NCBI GenBank assembly: GCA_964270895.1
Contig: OZ185439.1
DNA length: 64,000 nt
Source of the DNA: Podarcis filfolensis
Taxonomy: Eukaryota
Strand: one strand, 5' to 3'
Shown one piece after another: positions 39,975 through 52,060 of this stretch (its first letter is position 1; each line of letters begins with the position of its first letter). The notes beneath the pieces were generated by a model. That model worked only from the letters and a program-made list of their open reading frames with translations. It was not told the DNA's origin and made no database searches. The position numbers and the translations under genes were made by a program.

Positions 39975-40661
39975 CTGGCAGCTGAGACCACATAATACCA
40001 GTCCTGAAAGACCTACCGTATTTTTCGCTCTATAAGATGCACCAGACCACAAGACGCACCTAGTTTTTGGAGGAGGAAAACAAGAAAAAAAATATTCTGA
40101 ATCTCAGAAGCCAGAACAGCAAGAGGGATCGCTGTGCAGCGATCCCTCTTACTCTTCTGGCTTCTGGGATAGCTGCGCAGCCTGCATTCACTCCATAAGA
40201 CGCACACACATTTCCCCTTACTTTTTAGGAGGGAAAAAGTGAGTCTTATAGAGCAAAAAATAAGGTACATTGGCTCCCGGTATGTTTCTGAGCACAATTC
40301 AAAGTGTGGGTGCTGACCTTTAAAGCCCTAAACGGCCTCGGTCTAGTATACCTGAAGTAGCGTCTCCTCCCCCATCATTCAGCCCGGACACTGAGGTCCA
40401 GCTCTGAGGGCCTTCTGGCAGTTCCCTCACTGCAAGAAGTGAGGTTGCAGGGAACCAGGCAGAGGACCTTCTCAGTGGTGGCACCCACCCTGTGGAATGC
40501 CCTCCCACCAGATGTCAAGGAAATAAACAACTATCTGACTTTTAGAAGACATCTGAAGGCAGTCCTGTTTAGGGAAGTTTTAAATGTTTGAAGTTTTATT
40601 CTGTTTAATATTCTGTTGGAAGCCGCCCAGAGTGGCTGGGGTAACCCAGCCAGATGGGCGG

Positions 40662-40710
<49 letters not shown>
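39975..40710 (+). mobile_element. 5'-truncated L2 LINE with (TAA)n tail, interrupted by a MITE
   Basis: Removing 40016-40265 and one TA restores DHIIPVLKDLHWLPVCF*AQFKVWVLTFKALNGLGLVYLK*RLLP...TFSVVAPTLWNALPPDVKEINNYLTFRRHLKAVLFREV; tail 40664-40710. Confidence 0.92.
40016..40265 (+). mobile_element. Tc2/Kanga-like mariner MITE nested in L2
   Basis: TA TSD 40014-40015 / 40266-40267; TIRs CCGTATTTTTCGCTCTATAAGA / TCTTATAGAGCAAAAAATAAGG; central 14-bp perfect hairpin at 40121-40150. Confidence 0.9.
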
Positions 40711-41451
40711 TCAATATGTTTCTGAGGACAGCATAATTGAAGTCTGAGAACCATTGTGGCAATTTCTGGATTTGAGTACTGCCTGAGACTACTTAGCACT
40801 GAAAGGCTGAAAGATTCCAACAGGCAAGAAGTATCATACATGCAGACAGGCCTGATGCCAGCATTGTTTTGCAACTTTGAAAATGAGCAACCCATGCCTA
40901 CATTCAGCTCTTGTGTAGCAAAACATAAGCTGCTTCATGTTTAGGGTGACTGTGAACACTGGAGCCATCAGAGGAAGGAAAATTGCTGATTGATCCCTAG
41001 AACCTCATCTCCTCAGCTGCATTTTTTGTTAGATCATAATTACTGAGAGCCTTTTTTTCCCCCCTCTGAAAATATATATATAATCTGTTTGAAGCAGAAA
41101 TATCCAGATGACTGAACAGACCAAGACTATATGTATGGATATATTATTCTAGAATCTGTTTCAGGCAAACTCAAGAGGAGGGCTTCAAGGACCAGTTTAG
41201 TATGGTGTCAAATAAGAAATCCTAGGTAACTTAGTAACCACCAAATGGTCCTAATTTTTATTGGTTTTCCATGTAGAACTGATATGTGTAAATATATCCC
41301 TTTGAGCTGTTGATTTTAAACTTTGTCAGCTAAAATGACACCACAGCTATGCAATACAATAGAAGAAAAGGCTTCTTTGCAACACGTAATGGAGAATATT
41401 TTCATTCTCCGACCTTCATACATGAATGTAAAATTTCTCTCTCTGTTTCAG

Positions 41452-41530
41452 AGCCATTATCAACCATTTCAATCCAAAGATAGAGTCTTACGCAGCTGTG
41501 AATCACATCTCACAGCTTTCAGAAGAACAG
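41452..41530 (+). CDS. ARMH3: ARMH3 internal coding exon, (R)[26 protein letters not shown]
   Basis: Acceptor tttctctctctgtttcAG ending 41451, donor GTAAGT at 41531; 79 nt = 1 + 26 codons; completes the CG|A Arg codon from the 5942-6017 exon. Confidence 0.96.
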
Positions 41531-44500
41531 GTAAGTTACATGCATCTTTTTAATTCTGTTATTTCTTATGGAGCACTGTTCAGAAGAGTTTACCCTACTC
41601 TGTCCCGGCTGACTGCATTGGAAGCCTTACAGTATCCGGAGCTAGGGTTTAGCAAGCTCTCAAAATAGCAGCCCATGAGCAATAAATGGGGCATGTGCTG
41701 CCACATGGTTAAAGTCTAGGAAGGCAGAGCTGTGGCCCAGGAAGACAGACTTTTCCCAAGACTATCCTGAATTGAAAAAGAATGCACAGCAGGGTCAAGG
41801 TGGTTTCTCATTTGCAAATGTGTACTTGATAAGTAATGACTCTGGAAATGCACAGTGAGATCTTGGCAAACATTTGGAATGCAACTTAATTTGGGGGAGT
41901 GCTAGGATTATGTGAACATACGCAATAGTTGATGCTGACTTTTCAGTGTAATGGAATTCACTAAGCCATGAATAGCTATTTTAAGTACATTTCTAAATGA
42001 GGAGATTTTTCATAGAGAGAGCAATTAGGGTTATATTTTATTTTATCATAATTCAACCTGATTCCTGTACTTCCTTGCCTGTCAGAGCTGTGTAAATGGG
42101 CCTTCCTGAAGTTAAATAGCTTCAGGGAGGAAAAGGTCAACCTTCTTGTCCATTTCATTAAAACACACACAGAGAGAACTGGGGCTTAGGAATTTTGAAG
42201 CTTGGCAGTAGCTAGTCATACACTCGGTCCACCCTTCTTTCCCTTCAGTTACAATTTATTATGTTGATGTATTGCAAGATAACCTGAAGGTAGGGGTTAA
42301 TGATGCAGCATCCTTGTTCTTGTTGGCTTTCCTTTGTACAGTTCCTCTGCAGAAAGAGTACTGCCAAGCTCCAGACAATCTATTCAACTTAATTTTCTTG
42401 CCAGGAGTTGCTGTACCCGTTACTATGTTCTATGATGTTGTATTTTACAGATTCTCATTCATCTGTTCACTGTTGATTATATCAGCCTATGCTTTTTTTT
42501 TACTTCTTTTTTTAAACCCTTTCAGCACGTGCAGTAATTGAAAATGGGGCCCTGGATGTGGGAGGCTTCGCCACCATGCTTGGCTTAGTCTGCTAGTTTT
42601 AAGAAAGGGAAGCAGCTTCTCCCTGTCAGTGCAGTGGAGCATTCATCCCCCAGCAGTTCAGGGAGGTCATGCTGAATTCTTTCTTCACCACACGCCTGTG
42701 CTTTAAATAAAACCACCAGCAGCAGCAGGCGGCAGGTAATGAAATCAGCTCTGATGCACAGAGCAGTTTGAGGAGAGATTATTAGGAAGCAGGGAAGTGG
42801 TTTGATTTCTTCTTTCAAATGGAAGCATTACCCCAAAGTGGCAGAAAGATCAAAATAGAGAGGAGTTAATTAAAAAGAGGTGGGACCTCCGGATGGCATC
42901 CAAAGGAGGAAGGTCTAAGCTATGCTAAATGGTAGCCACTTCAATTTTGTGCATGGAGGTAAAGCTTTGGAGAAGGGGTGGAATGTTCAGTGAACACTCA
43001 AATTTTGTTTACCTTCCTATCTCCTCGCTGCTATTCACTGCCTGGTTTTTTAAACTGGACCATCTTCCTGGGACTAATGAACCTAGCCAATCACAGATCA
43101 GGTAGTGAGAGTAATGATTTCACTGAGGGCAAATGAAGCCAATATATTTGTTTATATTTTTAGTTATTAAATTTGTATACTGCCCCCATCATCTGTAGTC
43201 CTCAGGTCAGTTTACAACATAAAAATACAAGGCCAAAAAACCCCTCAAGAACAGAAACAAATCAATAACCACCCACACCTCCTTCCAGCAGGTTGCTTTG
43301 CCCTCACCATGAACCATGATATCAGAGATTAGGGATAGGAGGGATCTTGCACCTGTTGTCAAGGCAACCAGGCTTGGCTATCTTGGTCATTGCTACATTG
43401 GACTGGGGTGGATTCATTGGTTAATAGCCTTTTCTGTCACTGTCCCCACACAATAGGTGAACATTTGAGCCCCTTTTCTTCGACCCTTCCAAAAAAAATA
43501 AAAAAAATGAAGGAAGGGTCTGCATTTTGTAGATGCTTGAAAGGTTTTGAGAAACAACTCTCTTTGATTCAGCATTTCTCTATATGTCCATCCTAAGAGG
43601 GCCTTAGATCTGCTTCTGTAGTGAGAATCATGGAATCATTCTGGATATGGGATTCTGCTCTATTTTTTATTTTTTTAAGCTAAATATTTCTGAATGCTTC
43701 TGCTTTTAACCAATCTGATAATGAGCTAAAATATATATTCCAGTGTTTTGAACAAATAGCTTGACTAGATAGCACACACAGACTGTTAATAATTTGGAAC
43801 ATCATATTAAATACATTGGCTAAAGCAGGGGGAGGGTGAGAGAGCGCAATATTTTTTGGCAGTAGTGTGTTGTAAGCATTGAATATGCTTTTTTGAAAGG
43901 ATATCTCCTGTTAAAATCTGATAAGAAATCCAATTTTGTAACTTATAAATAATTAAGTAAATTGCATGATTATTCATGGGTTATATCAGTGCTTTTTTGT
44001 AATCCTAAGCATTACTACTATCAAGCATACAACTACCAGCATTGTAGTAGATAGGAGAGAAGTTACATCTGGTGAAAGGTCTGGCTATCTGGTTTTCAAA
44101 ACTAGGGAATGTCATTGTGATCAAGTCTACCCCCACCCCCACCCCCTGGCTATGCAGGCAACTCCACAAAGCATTTGTTGCATCCAGGCATTGTGATTTA
44201 GTTAACATGCTTCTCAGTTTGTGTCCACATGCAGGCTTTCCCAATTTTATAATACGTAGAGTACTTTTTATTGTTCACTATGCATTTGCCTCTCAATACT
44301 TGCTCATTTTTTGTCCCTCCATTTCATTTTCTACTCTACTGGATGTGGATGTGGGGAGGATAATTAAGTTTAACCCTCAGAGTGTGTGGGTTACTCTGCT
44401 GGTCACTCCCCCAAATAGATGGACCAGAACAAGCCATATTGTGGAAACCTTCAAGGTGACTGCTGTAATTTTTGCTGCACAGTCAGGGCAGATGTATTCA

Positions 44501-45392
44501 GCCAGTTCTGTCTTTGTGCCCCGTTTCTTTCAAGCAGCTGTAACAAAACTACTATATCATGCTGTCATTCCACATTGTCATTCCACATTGTCATGCATTT
44601 CCTATGTAGTTCTCCTGATTCAAACCTTTAGTAATTTTGCTGGGATTGTCTGTCTGATGACATTTAGCTCTTCCCTTAGTGATTACAGTTATGATGTAAT
44701 AAGAGCTCTGTTGCTCAGTAATACTAATTTGCGTAAAGCTATTAGCTAAATTTTCTTCTGCTCCCTCTGCTTTTCATCAGTTTATTTCAAACAAGTTTTT
44801 AAAAGCAAATAAACTTAGGAGTTGCTATTTGCAAGCTCACATATCCCCACCATGATCCTAAGTGCTCTGCTCTGTTCTCTTTACATCTGGGTATGTACTG
44901 AGTCCCCAACTACAAGTAAATTAATATAGTAGTTGCTTTAAGTGGCTGTTCTTGGTATTTTGAGCAGGAAAGAATATGTTCAAGCTTTTTCAAGCCACTG
45001 TTAATTTGTTTCATGGTCAGGTCATATATCCATGTCTTTGTGCATGTATATTTAGTACTCCAAAACCAATGCAAGAAAGATCTGAAATGGTCCTCATTGT
45101 TCTCAGGCTCTTTCATACACACTCACCAAAATACCACCAGAATTTCATAAATGTCCAGCTTTCATTTAAATATGAAGTGTACTCCGGAATTTTAACCTTT
45201 TTTCCCTGGGGCTTGAATTCCATGCTCATGAATGATATCAGCTTGCTGAAGTGGTGGTTTTCTTACTTCTAGTACACATTGTGCTAGTTTATTGTTCGAG
45301 TAGCACACATGAGTTATGTAATACCTTGTGACAGCTTTAGAGCATGCATATGACAACATTAATTGTGTCCCAAAAATATCCCTTCTTAACTA

Positions 45393-45395
<3 letters not shown>

Positions 45396-45442
<47 letters not shown>
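45396..45442. repeat. (GA)n microsatellite
   Basis: About 23 uninterrupted units. Confidence 0.95.
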
Positions 45443-45444
<2 letters not shown>

Positions 45445-46009
45445 CCTCAGAGCAATTGCTTTAGTGCCTTTTAGTGGCTTCCATTAAATTTAATGTATTG
45501 GATGCAATAAAACAAATGTCACTGGAGCAGGATGGAATGGGCAGAAAAGCCATATTGGAGACAGGATTGGCTTGCCATATACCGGGGGCAGTTTATTGTC
45601 AAGGAGAGTTGATCCCTCCTTCCCCTGGTTTTTCAGCCATTTCATAAATGCATTTTTTAATTTAGTTATATTTTAATTACATGGAAGAATCAAGGCTTTT
45701 CAGGGCAGCAAGTATACTTTGGCAACGGTGTTTTCTGAGTTTATCAGCCTCACTTGTATCTATGTACAGGACTTAGCTTGACAGTTTAGGAAAGATCTTC
45801 AAGTGCAACTTCTTCATAGTTCAAAAGCAAAAAATATTTCTTTTTGACAACTAAAGGGGAACACACATTACAGGTTTCTGTCTGAGATAGCCAAGATGCC
45901 AAGGTAAATTATTATTTTTTAATTACTTGAATTAAAATTAATTGAATTCAGTTACTGCGAACAATTAAATTTCCAAAATATCTGTCAGGTTTCCCTGAGT
46001 ACATATGTG

Positions 46010-46225
46010 ATGGGTGGAATTCAATGTCACGCTCCTCCAAATGTTCCATCTGTGCAAGCATTGCAGCTTGCCAGATGAAGCAATCCCCCCTCTCCTACCG
46101 CTGTGAGCTATTCTTGGATTTCTCCCGCCACTGCCCCTGAGCCACATTCAAGGTACATGGTGACGGAGGAGAGGGTGCAAAAGCAAAAGTCCTTGCACAG
46201 GACTTTCACTGATGGGACACATTAG
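46010..46225. mobile_element. Old palindromic MITE-like element
   Basis: Inverted ctgtgcaag (46050-46058) / cttgcacag (46192-46200); architecture like the 54630-55090 element. Confidence 0.35.
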
Positions 46226-46711
46226 GTTAACTTTGCCCATTATGATCAGCTCAATGAGAAGATTACAATTTTTGCAAGATCAGGATGGAAGACATTCCTC
46301 TGATGGGGTGACACTTGCCACCAGATGTGACATGCAGGGTCCATCCAACCAGGTCTTCTGCCTCATCTCCAAAGGGAGGAGCCATTCTGCCCACCAAGCC
46401 TACCCAGTTTGTGGGTGGTCTAGGTGGTGGGTTGAATGGCACTATATAGCAGTTTATCTTCTGACTATATGGTGTGTGTGTTTTCCAATTTTTTCTAAAC
46501 TCTTTTTTTATCCAGTTTGGTTGAGTATGTTCCTTCCACTCCATGTTCTCATTCTGTCTCCTGCCGTGAAACATTAATTTTCTTCTTCATTAGTTTCTTT
46601 CCAGCCCCTTTCTTCTTCTCGTTCAACCCCATTAAGTGTTTGTTCTCCTTCCTCCACCACCCACCATCCCGGTGTGGTTCCCTGGGGTGTATGTGGGGTT
46701 TATTTTAGGAG

Positions 46712-47228
46712 TGATGCTGAGGAGTCCTGTGATCCTCAGAAAGGGTCTTGGAGGGTAGTTAGCAGTGGTTTCTCCTTTTGAGATTTGTCTAGTGACACAG
46801 AGCACAACAGTTCCCAGTCACCTCTTCCAAAGGTGGAAATGTTTAAAGTGGTCTTTCAGCCACACCCCTCTCCTTGTTTCCTCACCACTCCATAGTGAGC
46901 TATTCAGCCCTGCTCTCTGGTTCCAGGTATTCCAGCACCTTTAGTTCATCTGGACTGTCTGTGCTCCTTAGCCTTCTTGGCAATTGGTGTGTGGGCATTG
47001 TTTGAGAACAGAGCAGCTTCAGGTGCATCTCACCAATAGACTGGCTTGGCAGGAGCATCATTTTGGATTTCATGCATGTCTGCAGGTACTGGTTTCCCAC
47101 CAGGAAATTAGCTCAGCGGGGAGGCCTGTTGAGGCTAGGGCATTAGGTACTAGGTGCATCGTCCCAATAAACTGGCTAGGCAAGAATACATTTCCTATGC
47201 TATAGGTGTTTAGTAGTTCACCGTCACA
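46712..47228 (-). mobile_element. Solo-LTR-like element
   Basis: TG...CA termini with GGAG on both sides (46708-46711, 47229-47232), ~517 bp, TTTAAA box near 46843; alternative left end at 46728; orientation inferred. Confidence 0.5.
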
Positions 47229-47314
47229 GGAGTGTGCTAGTCAGTAATAACACAGTTCAAAGATGGAGTTAACTTTCTATTAGCAAAAACATGACCTCCA
47301 CAGACTTGGTTGTG

Positions 47315-47804
47315 TGTCAGGCCTAATGAGCAGAGTAGCTCATTCCCAATGGTCTTCTTCCATGAAATGGTCTTCTTCCATGAAAAGTCCCTGCCTCCTC
47401 ACCAGGGCTTTTCCCAAGCAATCAAAGACCGCACATGCATGCAGTCAACCTCTCCTCCAAACTTTTTCATATCTCTTCTGGTTCTGGGAGACAAGTGGGG
47501 AAGGGAGCTTGCTGCAGCAGGAAGAGGAGACACCTGTGACTCTTCATCAGCCTGACTCATTTCTGCCTCTTGGCCTCCTTCATCCTACTGTCCTGCTTCA
47601 ACTTCTGCCTCTGATTTTGGACTTCTCTCTGCCACAGACTCTCCCAGCTCACTAAGTCCTGTTACCTCTTCAGCTTCTAACACCTCTTCTTCCCAGTCTT
47701 CTCCCTCTGACTACTCATCGTTGTCCCACCACCACTCCCTGGGCTTTGAGCCTTCTCCAGCTGGTTCCTTCCATCATTCCTCTTTCTCCAGCCAGTTCAT
47801 GGCA
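47315..47804 (-). mobile_element. Solo-LTR-like element with decayed acidic ORF
   Basis: Minus strand begins tgccATGaac and ends ...ttaggcctgaca; ~490 bp; 18-bp internal tandem duplication near 47349-47384; no TSD found. Confidence 0.6.
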
Positions 47805-50800
47805 ATGACTATATCCTAGGTATAGATTAAATTTGAATTTAGACGTTTGAATTTAGAAACTATAGGTGGTAAACTACTAATGCATCAAAGTGAACACAAG
47901 AATTTCCGCTTGCACAGTGAAACTTCCCTCCCTCTCCACTTCCTGTGCACACCCTCACCCTCCTCAAATTTAAGAAGCATGCAGGGGGAGGTGAGGTGAG
48001 GTTGGAGAACATACCGTTGCACAAACAATAGTCCTTGCACTGATGCAACAATTGCCTTAGTGTTATGTTGGATTCCACCCTATATTTTTTCCTGTTTTTT
48101 TGTGGTTTGCTTATTTCTACTGTACTCCAACTCCTGGCCCACACGTCTTGTATGCTGGGATATTCTTAAACAAATCTTTACCATTTGACTGCTAATTATT
48201 TTAAGGGCTGTTGCTTGTTGGTAAATCTAGTTATTTCAAATAATTAACTTTGATGTTACTTCAGTTAATTAACTTGAACCAATTAATCTCTTGTTTTATA
48301 GATACTCCTTGTCCCATCCAAGCACTTGGGGTCAGAAAGCACTTTCTGCTACATGGCGGCGGGGTGGGGGGGACTAAGACAGGACTAATCAAGGAGGATC
48401 TTTTCGCTACTAAGGATGTTCAGATTCTGTGTTTCTAATGTGCAGTTAAAAGGCAGTGGTTGGGATACTAGGGATCCTCTCACACCAGGTGTTTTTTATT
48501 GTACAGATATAGAGGTCAAGAGTTAAGACATCCTGCTATGCAGCGCTAAACATCCAGCATGGAATGCCTGTCCTGGTGTCAGAATAGCAAGCTGAGTTTA
48601 GTCGTCAACATATTTGTTCCTAGCTGTCCTGTACAATAGGGTGTGCTATCTTAAGTCTGCATGAGGATGCAGGCAGAAACATTTTGAGAGACAAGGCTGC
48701 TATTTTGAACAGCTTTCAAAGTGTTGTATGATGTGTCTAATTTTAGGTACTCTTTCAGAGATGGTTTTGTTTACTGTTTTGGTATATTGAAACTTGCCAC
48801 GAGCCTCTGTGATAGGGTAGGTTCAGTGGTAGTAAAACTGCTGCTCCCTAAGCATCAACTCAAGAGTAGCATAGCAGATTATTAACCTATTTTCTATTTA
48901 TAATCCAAATTCACTGGGTTACAGGCTAGTGCTCAGAGCACACTCATTAGTTCTATTTTTTATTATCTCTGCATTTGCTTGTAGAAAAATGCCTAGTAAC
49001 TTCCAGAATTTAATTCCATCAGTTGGAGCAGGGGGTACTTGTGGCTTTCTTAACACTGAGACTTAATGTGTTGGGACTTGTGAAGCTCACTGAGATTTTT
49101 GTGATGGAGGATGTTGTCAAGTTCAAAGTGATGCTGTTGATTAGCCCTGCCATTAACCATCTGCTCCAGTTGGTTAAAGTGCCACTGAAGAACAATCAAA
49201 AGAGTCTGCATTTAAAATAGATTAAATTACAACTTTTTGCATCTGATATTAAAGAAGGAGCTGTCGCTTGTTAGCTTTTGTGAGCATTTGATTATCTGTA
49301 TTTTCTATCCCCCCCAGTTTTAACCCTTTCCTGAAACGAAGGGGACAATAAGCACTGACTGCTTTCAGGCATTGACTTCAGTAGCATGACATGCAGGTGC
49401 TATGTAAGCTGCCCTCCTGACACTGCCTGCCCGCCCGTTGCTTTCCCCTGGATTATCTGCGCTGTGTAGGTGACATCTATTCCCCATGGTGGCAAACTAG
49501 GTCATCTGATTTTTGTTTGCTTCCTAGGAGGGGGAAGCAGATCAACCACTATGTCTCCTGGAGCATCAGAACAAATGCTTGTGAGGCAAAAAGGTGCAGT
49601 GTCTGTAGGGAGACAATGTAAAAGCAGGAGAATGAACGCTGCTTTGGTGGTTGGTTTGCCTCTCACTTGCAGATGCTGTGAATTCAATTCAAAGTGTTAG
49701 CGGGCAAAGACTGTCAGCCCCTAGGTGCCCAAAGGGATGCTTTTCATTCCACATGAAGGGAATCCTGCATATCTCGGCTGAGATGTGTCACTGTTCTGTG
49801 TTGTATCTGTCCTGGAGAGCCAGGAGATTGAATAATGCCAAATTAATGGAGAACTAGGTGCAAAAAAGGGGTCACTATTTTGTTAAATTGAAATAGCTGT
49901 ATTGAGTCCCGTCAAGGGAAATGGTGGGTATAAAAAATGTATAAATAAATAACTATATGGAGAGCAACCAAATTTTTAGTTTAAGGAGAGCAGGGCAAGT
50001 CAGAAGGGTGATATGCAGGTGCCAAACAAATGGACCATTGTACTGACATTCCTCTCTTCTCCTTGAGGTAGAGGAGGGTAGTTTTCACCTGCTGTACCTC
50101 TTCCTGGTGAAAACTGAATTCTGGACACTAGGATGAGGGATGGCCCTATTTTCTTAATAGGGTTCAAGATCTTTACAGAGCTTCTTTTTCTTACCATGTT
50201 CTCTTCCCTGTCTTTGCTAATTAGAGGCCCATGGTACCCAGACCAAAGTAAGAAAGAAAATATACCCTATGCCATCCTGTCACTTTAAGATTACCCAGTT
50301 TTTCTAGCCCTTGGTTCTCCTCTGGTGGGGAGTCATGTCCTTCCTGCCAATTTCCCAATACGCAGGCTGGGGAAAGGCTGCTAGGCTGCTGTCTCCTAGG
50401 TGCCATTGCTACCTTGCCTGATTCATCCCCTGGTTAAGAGCCACCTGTCAGGCAGAACCAACGTGGGTCAAGTGCCTTAAAAGCTGGACTGTTGCAAACA
50501 AAATTGGTTGTCCCTCAACTTCACAAATAAAATATTTTTGATCTCTGATGTCTTTAGTTTTATACCAATAGCTTTAAAAAATTTTGGAAGCGTGTTGGTT
50601 TCTTTTTACAGTACTTGGAATCTGAAAGTCAGCAAGATGGTCAGGTATATGGTTCTATCCCTCTTCTGACGATGGGCAGATAAGGGTCTATGTTGAACGT
50701 ACCATATGATTGCCTGGCAACCATTCCTCTTGCCACCAGTAGCAGCTTCTGAATGCTTTGCTCCAGTGAAGCAAGCAAACAATCAAAATAAAACAAAGCT

Positions 50801-51839
50801 CCCCCCCCCCCATAAGCAAGGCAATAGTTTATCTTCTTGACAAAGAGGCAGATGGTCTCACAGATACGTAGTTCCATCCCCCTGAAATAATTAAAGTCTC
50901 TATTTCCCCCCCTTAAAGGGAATTTGGTATGGGACAACAGAATCTGTCACTACATCCTCCATGCCAAAAAGTTCCAGATCTAGAGGACTTCCTACAGCTT
51001 CTTAATTCTTATTCAAAAGTAGGCCCTGATTCTTCATTTAACAGATGACAGACCTACCTCCCAGCTTTTACCCTGCCCAGCTTCTAGTTTCCCAAGTTAT
51101 GCTGTTTGACTAGGATATATCCATCCCTGTATGGAAGATCAGTTCAGATCACTTGCACATTCACAGCCAGTGTTCCAGACCATTCTTTTCCCTTGGTCCA
51201 TCTGAGTGTGTGTTTTAAAAGAAAAGAGTCAGACAGGTATGGTGTTCTGAACTGCCCTGATTTTGCCTCAGAGGTCTCCCACACATTGTGGATAATGTGC
51301 CAAACTACTATCAGCTTAGCTGAAATGTTTGTCTCTTCCTAAACCTGACGTCTCTGCTCATGGGACGAGGAGCTCACACTCCTCTGCTGCCCAGCACAAA
51401 GTAACTGTGTCAATTGTCCCTTACCTTCCTTTGTACCACATGGTAGTTCTTCTCTCCAGCCAATTCCTGGCCAATAAACTGATTCAGCCTGCATTTTTAC
51501 ACTGCTAAGCTGTCTTGCACCTGGGTGAGGACTTCAAGCATTTAGTGATCTGCATTCACAAACTAGAAACTACTGGGGGGAATATCTGGTACCCAGGACT
51601 TTTAGGGGATCCTATGCAAATCCTTAGCAATGCATACATAGAACAATAAATAAGATTTGTAACATTTGTGTGCACATGATATTTTTAAACCAATCATTAA
51701 ACTGTGAATAACTTTTCACGGAAGCAGGCAAACAGTTTCAGACATCACAACCCCTGATAGTAAAATCTAACCACTCCCAAAGGTCCTGGGCAAAGATGTG
51801 CATCCTCATCTGTCGAGAGGACACCAATAGCATCAGCAC

Positions 51840-52060
51840 AAGATGCACCTCAGAAGAGAGATCTATCTTTCCACAAGTGGGGGACCACCAGATAAAAGGT
51901 CTTCTCCTGCACTGTCACCTGTAAATGTAATTTGCAGGTGGAATCACAAAGACTGTCTCCTCTGTAAGTCTTAATGCACAAGCAGGTCAATATTTCTTTT
52001 GAATATGGGGTCCCAAGTTGTTTAGAGCTTTTTATAAGCACCCAGAATCTGGCTAAGAAG
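51840..52060 (-). mobile_element. Old L2 fragment
   Basis: ttccacaagtgggggaccaccagataaaaggtc and gggtcccaagttgtttagagcttttataag segments. Confidence 0.55.

Larger units (their letters stand above)
6018..41451 (+). other. ARMH3: 35,434-bp phase-2 GT-AG intron of ARMH3
   Basis: Flanking exons join in frame (VNI-R-AII) with no missing peptide relative to the recalled vertebrate protein. Confidence 0.88.

Noticed and set aside
40580-40895. Poly-Leu and poly-Ile ORFs
   Set aside because: Translations of the (TAA)n tail of the L2 element.
43355-43368. RFX X-box-like GTTGTCAAGGCAAC
   Set aside because: Single site with two mismatches to consensus and no supporting context.
44563-44595. Tandem tgtcattccacat repeats containing TEAD-type CATTCC sites
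   Set aside because: A simple short slippage duplication; no other support.
44072-44749. Longest ORF in the track (225 aa, hydrophobic)
   Set aside because: GTG start, no recognisable family, no splice context. The opposite strand has faint CR1-endonuclease-like words (QENY, WNDS), too weak to call.
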